Source: Oculina patagonica
Taxonomy: Eukaryota
Assembly (NCBI RefSeq): GCF_052425735.1
Contig: NC_135767.1
Location: 10,292,001-10,356,000, forward strand
DNA length: 64,000 nt
Reading direction: 5' to 3'
Shown one piece after another: positions 24,134 to 35,188 of this stretch. The notes below the pieces were generated by a model, which did not search any database, was not told where the DNA came from, and saw only the letters and a list, made by a program, of their open reading frames with translations. The position numbers and the translations under genes are program-made. Within the stretch, counting starts at the first letter, position 1; every line of letters begins with the position of its first letter.

Positions 24134-25960
24134 ATGACGAGAATGATAGTCAGGAGCTGTATATGTTTCGTTGTAGTTTTGACCTTCCTAGCGGTTTTCT
24201 CTATCCAGTCTGTAGAGTCCAAACCTAGTACGGACCTACAAAGATGCCGACCAGGTGCTATGTACTGTAATCCACAAAAAGGAAAGCGTTCTCACTTTAG
24301 AAAAAAGGTTGGTTTGCATGTTCCCTTATAACTTTACCTAAGAATGCCTAGCCAACGATGGAGAGAATCCGAGGGTCATATTCCACGAAATAATTATTAA
24401 GTATCTCACAAGTTATTCTCACGGTTATCCGGCTTATCTAAATTTAATCATACTTTCCTTTAGCGATAAGTTTATTTGTAAGACACCATTCTCAATTGTC
24501 AACATTTTCTCAAATTATTAACACAATTGATAACTGAATCATGGCCCATGACGGTTTCCTTTAGCAATCAGTTTGTTTGTGAGATACCATTCGCAATTGA
24601 AATTGAACAATTCGAACAAATCGTGAAAAATGTTTAGAGTTTTGACATCAATCACACATTACTCGAGATTCAATCTTATCTACTACATGCTATAAGAACC
24701 AGCTTTGCTTGGCTCTGACTACTGGTCTTTTCAAATGAGGCGGTATATATTTCAGGAAGAAGCTATATTCGATCGAATTAAATGAGTTGGTTCTTATAAT
24801 TCCACGAAATAGATCATTTGGGCTTTACTTTAAATTGCATATATAGTAACCTTTTAACACACATTTGAGCTCTAGGAAAGAATAGAAAATTAATGATCAG
24901 CGTCAAAAAAAGTTTAAAATATTTGCCTTTCCTGTATACAGCCAATACTCAGCAATTCTTTCAATTAAAATCTAATAAAATATATCTGCCGGAGAGGCAG
25001 CGATAACGGATATAAATAATATATATCTCCGATCAGAAATGATCACAATATTATACGATTTAAATTCACCACTTTAAGCTTCGGCCATTGTAATTGCAGT
25101 TCTTTCCTTTTCATTTCCTTTCCGTTTTATAATAATATGAATATATCAAACATTACACGAAAATAGGATACATTTTTTCAAGCAACTCGTGTTTTGTTAT
25201 TGTAGATGTTTTAGATTCGTTTCATAAATAACTGATTACGCGTTCTTTCGTGTTTTAGAGCTTGAGCAGTACTAAAAATTAATGTTTAATTTCAATCTCT
25301 GTCACCTTGCTGACTGTGTTCGTAGATACTGAGTGACGCTCTTAGGATGACTTAATTTCTAATTTATGTACATTAAAAAAAGATGAATAAATTTCCTCTA
25401 ACCAATGGACAAATTGCAATATTTACAACGTGAATGTAACACGTTTACACGAACGCGCTTCAAAAATGTTTTAACACGGTTCAATTAGTTTTAATAAAAG
25501 TTATTTAGCCTACATACAGTAAAGCCACAAGCGGAAATCTTTTTATTTTTTCAATGTAAGGGTGGTATTGTCAGGTAAACAGAGCTCGCGCCATTAAAGG
25601 AAAATTAGTTCTTTACTTACCTTCGCGAACATCACCGCTTCTTTTTTGAGCGACTTTTACGCATACACAACAGCAGCTCTCTTACCACACCTAATAGACT
25701 AAACGTGAAGGTTATTCCATGCTAACATTGCGCTGTTATCTCATTTTCACTCCAGTTAGACAATTTAGGCCGTGTAGATGAACGAATGGCGAAAGAAGAC
25801 GAAACGTATTTGGTAAGTTCGTGTCGCTTTTCAATAAAGGCAAATCCATTCCAACTCATTCTGTTTTTTATTTTTATTTTGAGTGCTACCTTGTGAGTAT
25901 CGATCAGTGTAATTTTTTTGTTTGCTTGTATTGAAGGATCTCGATTCCTTGGAATTTTGA
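24134..25960 (+). CDS. CRPG cyclic-peptide precursor gene 4, 3 exons (24134-24307, 25756-25812, 25937-25960), 84 aa
   Basis: MTRMIVRSCICFVVVLTFLAVFSIQSVES-KPSTDLQRCRPGAMYCNPQK-GKR-SHFRKK | LDNLGRVDERMAKEDETYL | DLDSLEF*. Exon 2 is 57 nt, the same as in gene 3, and aligns with it (L.N...AxEDxT[YF]). Donors are GTTGGT and GTAAGT. AATAAA near 26126. Confidence 0.82.
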
Positions 25961-27273
25961 GGCTGAGATAACACATCTAGAGAAACGAAAGAACCTGGAT
26001 TCAAGAATTGATATATCTTTAATACCATTCAACACTGTAGTCAATATTTTCTTTACTTAATTAAAATGACCACCTTGTCAACTTGTAATGTAAAAATTCC
26101 TTCAATGATATTTTTCTGCTAAACAAATAAACCGATATAGTTTTAAAAATATTTCATTATTTAGTGTATGGACAGTGTAAATGCTTGAATAAAGAATGAC
26201 AGTAATTATTTACCTTGTACACTCACTGCTTAAACATATCTTGAAACAGATGGTTCAAAATTACCTTCTAGTCATTTCATATTTAGTTTTCACTGCGTTC
26301 TGGTGCAGAAAGGATATATTTTAGGTCCTTCGTTTACTAAAAGTGAGATGTTGTGAAGTATTGTTCCCTAAATTATTTTTATTTTTTACGAGTCTAATAA
26401 GATTATTTGTTATTCAACCGGTTTTTCTTTGCGAAAGTCCAAAATTTTTGACCGGTGACGATAAGACGACAGGGCAAGACAGATATAATAAGATAGTCTA
26501 CACGCGACTTGAAGGATGGGTGAAAAATATGCATCTGGCTTGACAAAATGTTCACTATCAGTTTCGTTTTAGATAATAATAACCAACAAAACATCGATTT
26601 AGACAGTTACAGAAAAGAAATGGAAAATATCTCAAACGCAAATGCGAAAAAAAATACAATCAATCGACTTGTCAAGTCCTTCCTTGGTCACATATTAAAC
26701 TATAGCTTCCTGCTTATCTAAGAATCGCAGATCGTCATCGTAGCCTGAGATCGTCCTTATGAGAACGTCAAAACCAAGTCATACGCGAATGAAGTCCATA
26801 AACAATAAATCATGTGTCTCTCTTCAGTCTTCCCTTTCGTTGTGATATCGCTCGTCAACTTATATACATGTTTATATGACAACCTTAAACTCTCATATAT
26901 ACGTACATGTCAAATGGTGCGCTGAAAGTTTCTAGCTTTGGAAAGAAAATGAAATTGGAACACTTCCAATACAAAATTTTATATTTTAAACCTTTTTTAG
27001 ATACATCTACAGTGATAAAAATTGCTGATAACTTGATCTTACACGATGTGAATATGCTAACAAACAAAACTGTATTCGTATTGTGTGTGACGTCACACCC
27101 AGACAGATGGCGTTCAAAACAATTCTGTCGTTGGCCATTATCGATGCGTGGTTTAAGAATAAGGCAAAACACCAAGAATTCAAGCTTCTCCAGGCAAGTT
27201 AAATCAACATCGACTTTGCATTTATTCTTGGCTCGAACGTGCTCTACAAGAAAGCGAAATCCAGCTCAAAAAT

Positions 27274-30097
27274 ATGTCAAGAGTATGTGTAGCTTGTAAT
27301 TCAAAGGTAAGAAATGTGTGTTGCTTTGTCAAGCAAAATACTTAAATTATTCACCACCAGAAAGAACTCCACGCGCAAACCTCCAAGTATTTAAATCGAT
27401 TGTAGAGCTTTAATCTTAAAATTTGTAAAGATATTCAGGGAATGAAAGCAAGAAGTAACGTATTTGGTGTTTGTCCTTATCATAGAACCCAGTACAAACT
27501 AAATATTCTACTGCAGGAATAATCCAGCGATTCGAACTCGTCAAGCTTTACTGCGCAAACCGGATTTACCCTCAAAACATCCCTATACGAGGTTCTCCGC
27601 AACACGCTTGATACAATTTGGTATTTTGGAGAGACGGCAGCCTAACTGCTTCGAGCGTTAAATTTGAAATATGGAGTTTATTATGATAGTAACAATGTGT
27701 AGTAACGAATTTGTTCGTTATAGCGGAGGGTTCTTTATACCAGAGTTCAGTTTCAATACATTTTACCGTTAGTAACTTTGACCGGGCTGAAAAATATTGT
27801 TCGTGATATTGGCGACTTTCATAGTTTAATAGCAAAGTGGATTCTCGATTAGGAAGAGGGGACCTACATTGTATACGACGCGTACCATTACGGGTATTTA
27901 CAACTGATACATAAGTAAACATTATATCTAAAACGCGTGCTACTTTAACATCCTATTATACCAAGAAGATATATTCTTTTTATTATACCCATATTGTAAT
28001 GGATGACAATTCACAAGCTTGAAATGAGTGTACGCAATTCAGAAGAACACACTTTGTTCATTTTTTTTACTGGTAGCGTTGGCATATGAATTTGACCACA
28101 ACCGGTTTTCACCAAGACTTCCACATGGGCGACTAAAACGCATTATAATTAACTCGTCGCTATATAAAAATCTTCAGCAATAAAACTGATTAATTAAATT
28201 AAAACTTGATGCAATCTAAAAAACAAACAACGAGCAAGGGTAGTTAACGTTATTTATAAAGCAACATTCCATTTTTACAGTTACTTTAGTTTGTCCAGTA
28301 GACAGAAAAAAAAATATAGCCTCCTTAAGATGAGAGTTAGACCACTCTTCAACCGAACATGAACCAGAATGCAAAATTTTGTTTTATTCCATTTGTGGAC
28401 GAAATCCAGAAATGTGCAACAGCTTATGTCATACCTACCTATACCTATATCTCTGCATGCCATAAGGCCGCATAAGGCTTTGACATTCTCTTTCCACCCA
28501 CTTCGATTTGCTGCAGGGGCTTTGACATTACATACACGAAAACTTTGAACAAAAGGATCGTTGACAAGTCTACTAGCTTTACGGCCTAATAATTTCGTGG
28601 ACATAACTGCTTTTGCCGTTTAAAATTTGGGGATAAATAACAAATGTTCCGCGGCTTCAGTTAGTTTTCAGTTTTTCTGTTGTCACAGTAAACCGCATCA
28701 CAAAGTTCACCTAAGCTTGGTAGAATCTTTTTTCTAGTTAAACTCGGGGAATTCAAGTTAAAATTATTAAAAAAACACGTTAGCGATCGTCAAGATCATC
28801 ATAACACTCTGATGATGACTGGGTAATCGAAAACGGTTTGTGTGTATCTTTTTATAATGTAATTTTTTATTATCTTATTTGGCGAATATGTCTATTAAAT
28901 AATTAGTCTGCTAACTTATTTGTATTTTTGCGCTACAGATTTTAGGCTCAAGCAGCTCTTGTGTTTGCGGTCACGTCTTTATTGAAAAACGAAGCATTGG
29001 CGGAAGGCGTTTCTCCGGTACGAAACTTTGCTTACGCCGTTGATTTCATTTTTACTGTTCAGCCTCACGTTTTGTTATGGCTGTTATTTTAGCCACGTTA
29101 TTAAATTAAAAGAAAGCCACAGTACAGCCAATTTATGCAAGGTGTACCAACTTTGCGGTGAATATTGTTATCAACCCACTAAGAGTTATATTGAAACTTC
29201 CTGTTATAGAATATCGAGCAAATTTATACACGCGGCTGACTATGGCAAAGAGAAGGAAGGAGTGTCGGTCAAGATATGACATCAAGGAAACGCGGCCGGC
29301 AATCATCATTAAACGCTTGGATCAAAGAAAGGTAACTTTGTTAGCGATGTGGAATTGTTTATATCTCTTTTTCGTGTTTAGTTTTTTGAACGTTGTTATA
29401 TAACGTTCAGCATTTCAGTCAGTGTCAGACCATTTTAAAACTCTGTCATCTCTTTTTCTCTCTTGTATTAAAGTGTGTAAACCTTTCTTTTATTTTAACC
29501 CTTGCCCCCGCCTCGATAAGTCGTTAGCGGGGGCAAGCAATTTTGTATCAATATATGAAAAACAAGTAATAAAGTTCAAGTTCAAGTGTGGTTTGACTTT
29601 GACTGAAATTCAGGAAAGAAAACTTCGTTATATCTCAAACAAAATCGAGCACTTCCGCAAACAATAAAAATTTGGAGACCAGCCATAATTGTTATTGGCT
29701 TTTTTTAGGATTCATGAGTGTTATTGACTCCCCTGTCACTTTTCTAACCTTAAATAAGTCATCTTAACTGCGAATTGCTTTCTCTTGGTACAATGAGTAA
29801 ATTCTGCCGAACTATCGTAGCTAATAGCTTTTTTTTTTTACTGAACAGATTATGAATATTATGCCATCGAAGAGAAAGACGAATATTCCTTTACAACAAA
29901 AAGCGCAGGTAAAGAAGCTTGAGAAGGAATCTAAACCTCAACAGGAAAGCAACACAAGATCGCATCGATTCTTTGCAACTGATGAAATAATGAAAACAAC
30001 AACCACGCCACAGAAGAATGCTAGCCGTCTTACGCATGCGCTGGAGGAGATAAACCGCCGGCTTCTTTCACAGCAGTTGGTTTGGTTCAGCTTATGA
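27274..30097 (+). CDS. UPF0547 / C16orf87-like zinc-ribbon protein, 4 exons (27274-27306, 28939-29017, 29210-29331, 29849-30097), 160 aa
   Basis: Spliced product MSRVCVACNSK|ILGSSSSCVCGHVFIEKRSIGGRRFS(E)|YRANLYTRLTMAKRRKE...RK|IMNIMPSKRK...RLTHALEEINRRLLSQQLVWFSL*. The N-terminal C-x2-C-x10-C-x-C-G-H-V-F and C-terminal ALEEINRRLLSQQL match, from recall, the two conserved blocks of human C16orf87. Canonical GT-AG introns, phases 0, 1, 0. Confidence 0.82.
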
Positions 30098-31768
30098 TCA
30101 TCAACGAAGGATGATTAGTGGTGAAAAAATTACTGTCATCCGGCCAAATAAGACTAATATGAAATAAATAACTTAGCTATTTATTTAGCGGTCGGTTTCT
30201 AAGGAGCAAATTATGGAGTTTAAGGAAACGACCACGGCAGCGTCTACGCAGTACAATAGCTCTGCACGCGTGTTATAATTTTCTGTACATTTCTTTGCCG
30301 TCCTCAACAAAACAACGGCACGAAACGGCCAAATTCACAATAATTCAAGTTTCTATTTAAAAATTGAATACCGTCTTAACATATTCAGATGAGAATAGTT
30401 CTGACACCGAAAGTATAAAAGATCTAGGTGATGGCGAGATTCTTAAGTGAAATATAAATTGACCGGCGCAACCGTTGTACTTGCTGTAACTCCTTATTAA
30501 GTATAAGTGCCACGGCTACTCCAGGATCATGGTTAGTTTGATTTTGGTCACGCTAGATTAATTGTTCAAAACCTGTGAATAAGGTAAGAACAGCCGGTTT
30601 GCTTTTTCTCCCCTGTTAAATCAGTCGCTTCCAATTTAAAAAAGTAACAAGCCTTGGAAATAGCCGAAATTATCGATTCCAGGGAACAGCTGGGCAGAAA
30701 GAAGAAAGCCAAAGAAAGCCAAGAGGTAGCCGGCTTTATATTTAGAGACTAAATAACAAAAGGATTCAATCGTCAAGCTCTTGTAATAAATGTATTTGAT
30801 ATAATTCAGTATATATCTTAGTGTTACCTTACCTTTAAGCGAACAATAGCGAATGCAATGTTGCGCCACGCAGCACTGATACTAGAAGCCAGAAAGTAGA
30901 GAATTATCTCTAAGATAATTTTTAAGTGATGGAAAATAACCCAGGAACCTCACTTCAGGTCCCCTCGGCTCACCGCACCTCACCTCGCCGCCCGCTCCTC
31001 CCTTAGAAAATGGTTAGAAATCTCATTATTGTTATTAAGAATATTTCAACTGAAGACCAAACGACAGAAAAGAGCATCTTTTGTTTAAAAAAGCAACGTG
31101 GATTTTTTGAGCAACTTTGAAACAAGTTTGAGCAACGTTTTGAGAAACGCCGAGCAACTTGTGAACAGCCGTACTGAAAACCACTCCCTGGTCAGCGGCA
31201 CTTTCGTCTCAGTTTTCCTCAGTCGTACCCATTCTTGCTTATTTTCGATTTTTTAGTACATGTACTTCTTTGATGTTGTTTTTGCTTTAGAAACGTTATA
31301 AAGTGGAGCGTTAATTTCCATGACCTTAATTTCCATCATTTTGGCCCCAATTTCTCGATACAGTCCAGACGTTCTTTGTCTCCAAGGAAAAAGCATTACT
31401 TTATCAGGGTGGAAATCTGCCGTATTAATGAAACTGTGAAGAACGCTCGAGGCGGTCAGATTCCTTCGCTTAGCCCCTACGTTTGGGGCAAGTACCACGA
31501 ACATTGTTTCCGTTTAAGATTATACGCCTAGTGTGGAATTGAAATTTGTTCATGTTGTCTCAACAATTTTTTACAATGTGTACGTCGCGTAAATTTCTTT
31601 CATTTTGAAATGTTACCCCCTCTTTCGTGTTAATTTCATTTATTGGGAAGTAATTTTCCCTTCAATTCACGTTAATTTAAATTTCGTTAATTTCAAATAC
31701 CTTAATAAACATAAGCGTTAATTTCCTATTCTTAGTTGCCAAGCTTACATAATAGCTCATTTTAAATA

Positions 31769-31944
31769 CAGTTGAATCCCGATAACTCGAACCCTCGGTA
31801 AGTCGAACCTCCCGCTAACTCGATTTTTTTCTGATTCCCCATAAGGTCGTTTTCTTTCCTATTTTACCCTCGATAACTCGAACTCCCGATATCTCGAACC
31901 TGTTTCGATTTCCCTAGAAGGTTCGAGTTATCGGGATTCAACTG
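31769..31944. mobile_element. Tc1/mariner-pogo-type MITE
   Basis: Perfect 25-bp TIRs CAGTTGAATCCCGATAACTCGAACC / GGTTCGAGTTATCGGGATTCAACTG, TA on the left flank, internal ATAACTCGAAC repeats. Confidence 0.88.
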
Positions 31945-32039
31945 TGTTGTGAACTGTGCCATTCCGGCCTGTCAGAATGTCTTACGTATTGTCAGGAACT
32001 TGGTCTCGATTTTACAGCTGCTATTGTTCGCACGATTGG

Positions 32040-33290
32040 CCGTCAACGGATAAATAATAGTTTTATTTCCTTTTATCGCTTGGCGTTTTAAAAAGGTGTT
32101 CAGATGAGGTTTGCTATTCACTGACGGGCTGCCTTGCAAAGCAAACATTTGTCAGAAACGCAAAACAACGTGTAAAATTGTCAGAAGTACTTCATATAGA
32201 GTGACCGCTGTGTTTACGAGATTTAATAATTTTGGTTTGCTTTGTTTTGTAAACTACTCATGGCTGTTATGAAACAAATTTCCCGCATTAGTGAAAAAGA
32301 GGAAATGAATCGAAACTGTCTTGCTTTTCCGGTATATACCGTGACTGTTGTAGGTCGTGCAAGGTTACTATAGATGTTAAGCTGCTTTATGAATCTCTAC
32401 ACGCTCTGATAAGTATTTTTAACAGTTTTTATTTCCATTTGTCAACACTGTTAACTAAACATTTCGACATACTGACATGGTTTTATTAATAAGAAAAATA
32501 TACAGTTAAAATAGTTACGTAAGTGCTCTGTGTTGTAACTTTTCTAGGACTCTTATTCATAAATTAATTTAACATTTAAAATAATTCAACCGAATTTTAT
32601 TAGTAGGAATAATTTTCAGTTTTTGTTCCTGACAGATCATATATTTATAGGATCCACGTTGAACGTAAGGTTTTAATATAATGATCGTCACTTTCTGTCA
32701 ACGAGTAAATAAAATAAATAGCTTTATTGCCTTTAATGCTTTGGCGTTAGAAAGGTGTTCAGATAGGGTTTGTTATTCACTGACAGGTCACTTTGCAAAG
32801 CAAACATTTGTCAGAAATGCAGGTCTCAAAACGACGTGTAAAATTGTCAGAAGCACTACATATAGAGTGACCGCTGTATTTACGAGATTTAATAATTTTG
32901 GTTTGCTTTGTTTTGTAAACTACTCATGGCTGTTATGAAACAAATTTCCATTAGTGAAAAAGAGGAAATGAATCGAAACTGTCTTGCTTTTCCGGTATAT
33001 ACCGTGACTGTTGTAGGTCGTGCAAGGTTGCTTTATGAATATCTACACGCTTGTATTAGTATTTTTAACAGTTTTTATTTCCATTTGTCAACACTGTTAA
33101 CTAAAAACATATCGACATCTTGACATGGTAAGAGCTCTGATTCATAAATAAATTAAAATATAAAAATAATTCAACCGCATTGCACAAACGTGGCTGTTTA
33201 ATACCAAAAATAAATTATGTATTCCTGACGGAATATCTTTTTAGGGTCCACGTTTAACGTGCGTTTTAAATAGAACGATCACCACTTTTT
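32040..33290 (+). repeat. Diverged tandem duplication of an about 600-650 bp non-coding unit
   Basis: About 32040-32695 versus about 32696-33290. Long near-identical core (e.g. GAAAAAGAGGAAATGAATCGAAACTGTCTTGC) with indels. Confidence 0.9.
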
Positions 33291-34144
33291 AAAAAAATAA
33301 CAAGGACTTAAAAAAACGCAGTCCCGACAAACAATACTCGCAACGAAAAAAGATTCATCTGATATAGTTCGAGATCTTTCCAGTTTAACTGGCTTCCAAG
33401 CGTTACGTAGGGTATATGTTGTGTTGCGGAAGGCCGTAGACATATTTTAAGCAATTCTCTGGTTCGTTTCGCATTTCCAAATTTAGAACAGTGTATTAAC
33501 TAACACTGGACCAATTTCCCTAGAATATTTTAAGCCAAAACAGATGAAAGCCTATTCGAAAAAACAATGAAAAACAACTGATTTTGCCACGACACTTAGC
33601 AAAATGCGTCGATTTTCCTGTTCTCCTTGAAGCACTTGACATCATGCCCGCCCAAATGCCCGCGACCGGTATGTTTTCCATGATGGCATTGGAACGTGCT
33701 TCACTCGGGTGATTATGCAAAGTGAAAATTCAATTATGCTCTGCTTTTTATAGTACCGAGTGTGAACGATGAAAAAACGTGGCGACATAACCATGGAACT
33801 AACCACATTTTTCGATTGGTGTTATTTCAAATAAATCCGGCTCAATTTGAAGTGGGATGGAATAACTTAGAAGGAGTCTTAATTATATAAAAGCCTATAT
33901 CTTAGAATCTAACAACGATATTTACTCATGACCACCGTGTGTTTTAGTGGTTCGATGTACAACAGTAGAATATCAGTCCATGAATCGTGGATAGATGACC
34001 GACATTTGTAACGATAAACTGTTATGAGTGTTGAGTTGTTCTTTGTCTGCCCATAGTATTATGTACGTGCTTCAAAGAGTGTCACCAGTGCCACTCGGCA
34101 AATAAACCATACTTTTCCCTCGCGGTGTCAATTTTGTAGCTCAA

Positions 34145-35188
34145 CTAGAACGATGTACTGTGTATTTCGTTCTTAACACGTCCGTTAACGTTGGGCATGA
34201 AGACCATTGGCTGATCAATAGTGTTAATAACGGCGGCACTTTTCGAGGACCTTCGATCAGGTTGTACAGAGGTCACTGTTCCCAAATTAAGGACTTTTAA
34301 GACGGCTCTTCTTATACCTTTGTTCCTCCAACAATAAATACCTGGATTGATTGATGAATTAAGGAGAACAAGTGTATCTGACCAAAGGTAGACAGTTTTT
34401 AACTTGACGGTGTAACCGATGACAGTATATGCTATCATAACAGCCAATGTAGGAAAGTAACAAGCGAAGAAGATAAATGTCACCCATGCCACGTTTCTAG
34501 CATGCCCTGCCTCCTTGGCTTGTCGTCTCCAACTTTCTTTGATTTGGTGGCTAATGGCGATCTGCCTTCGATGGCGTTGAACAACGCGGTGAATTCGAAT
34601 TGAAATAACAAGAAAAGTCACCAAACTAACAGCGATAATAGTACAACAGATAGCGTGGAAAACAGCGTTACTGAGGCCGTAGAATCGCGCCGAAACGACC
34701 AATAAGCACACTAACCAAATAAGAAGTGAAATCTTTAGGACTCTTCGAGGTTTCACAAGGCTCTTGTACCTTAGAGAGGAGAAGATAGCAATATGTCTTT
34801 CGCAGTTTAAGGCAGTCAATGTCAAGAACGACACACCGGCACAAAGCCAAGCACTTGTTGAAAACAATGCATGTGCAATGCATGAATACTTCCCCTGCGC
34901 TTCTCCAGTTTTGTAAATGACAAAGAGAGGTTGAACCATCAGTCCTACCAACAAGTCTGATAATACCAGGTTTCCGAGAAAAAAATTCGAACAAGTCCGT
35001 AAAGCTGTTGTCTTGAGGATCGCAGTTAGAACAATGCTGTTTCCGATAATGGCGAACATCAAAGATACAGCGTTTATTACGCTGGTGAACACGGTTGAAA
35101 TGTACAAAGATCGGTAGCTTGCCTCAAATACGATCACGTCCAGAAAAAAACAACTTGAGCTTCCATTTGTGTCATTTGACGTACCCAT
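34145..35188 (-). CDS. Rhodopsin-class orphan GPCR (melanocortin/adenosine-receptor-like architecture), intronless CDS, 347 aa
   Basis: ATG 35188 (MGTSNDTNGSSSC). Motifs GNSIV, LVLSDLLVG, ERH (DRY variant), TM4 W, CYFP, NPGIY. Very short ECL2. C-terminal STSF is PDZ-ligand-like. Confidence 0.93.
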   Translation of the reverse strand: MGTSNDTNGSSSCFFLDVIVFEASYRSLYISTVFTSVINAVSLMFAIIGNSIVLTAILKTTALRTCSNFFLGNLVLSDLLVGLMVQPLFVIYKTGEAQGKYSCIAHALFSTSAWLCAGVSFLTLTALNCERHIAIFSSLRYKSLVKPRRVLKISLLIWLVCLLVVSARFYGLSNAVFHAICCTIIAVSLVTFLVISIRIHRVVQRHRRQIAISHQIKESWRRQAKEAGHARNVAWVTFIFFACYFPTLAVMIAYTVIGYTVKLKTVYLWSDTLVLLNSSINPGIYCWRNKGIRRAVLKVLNLGTVTSVQPDRRSSKSAAVINTIDQPMVFMPNVNGRVKNEIHSTSF

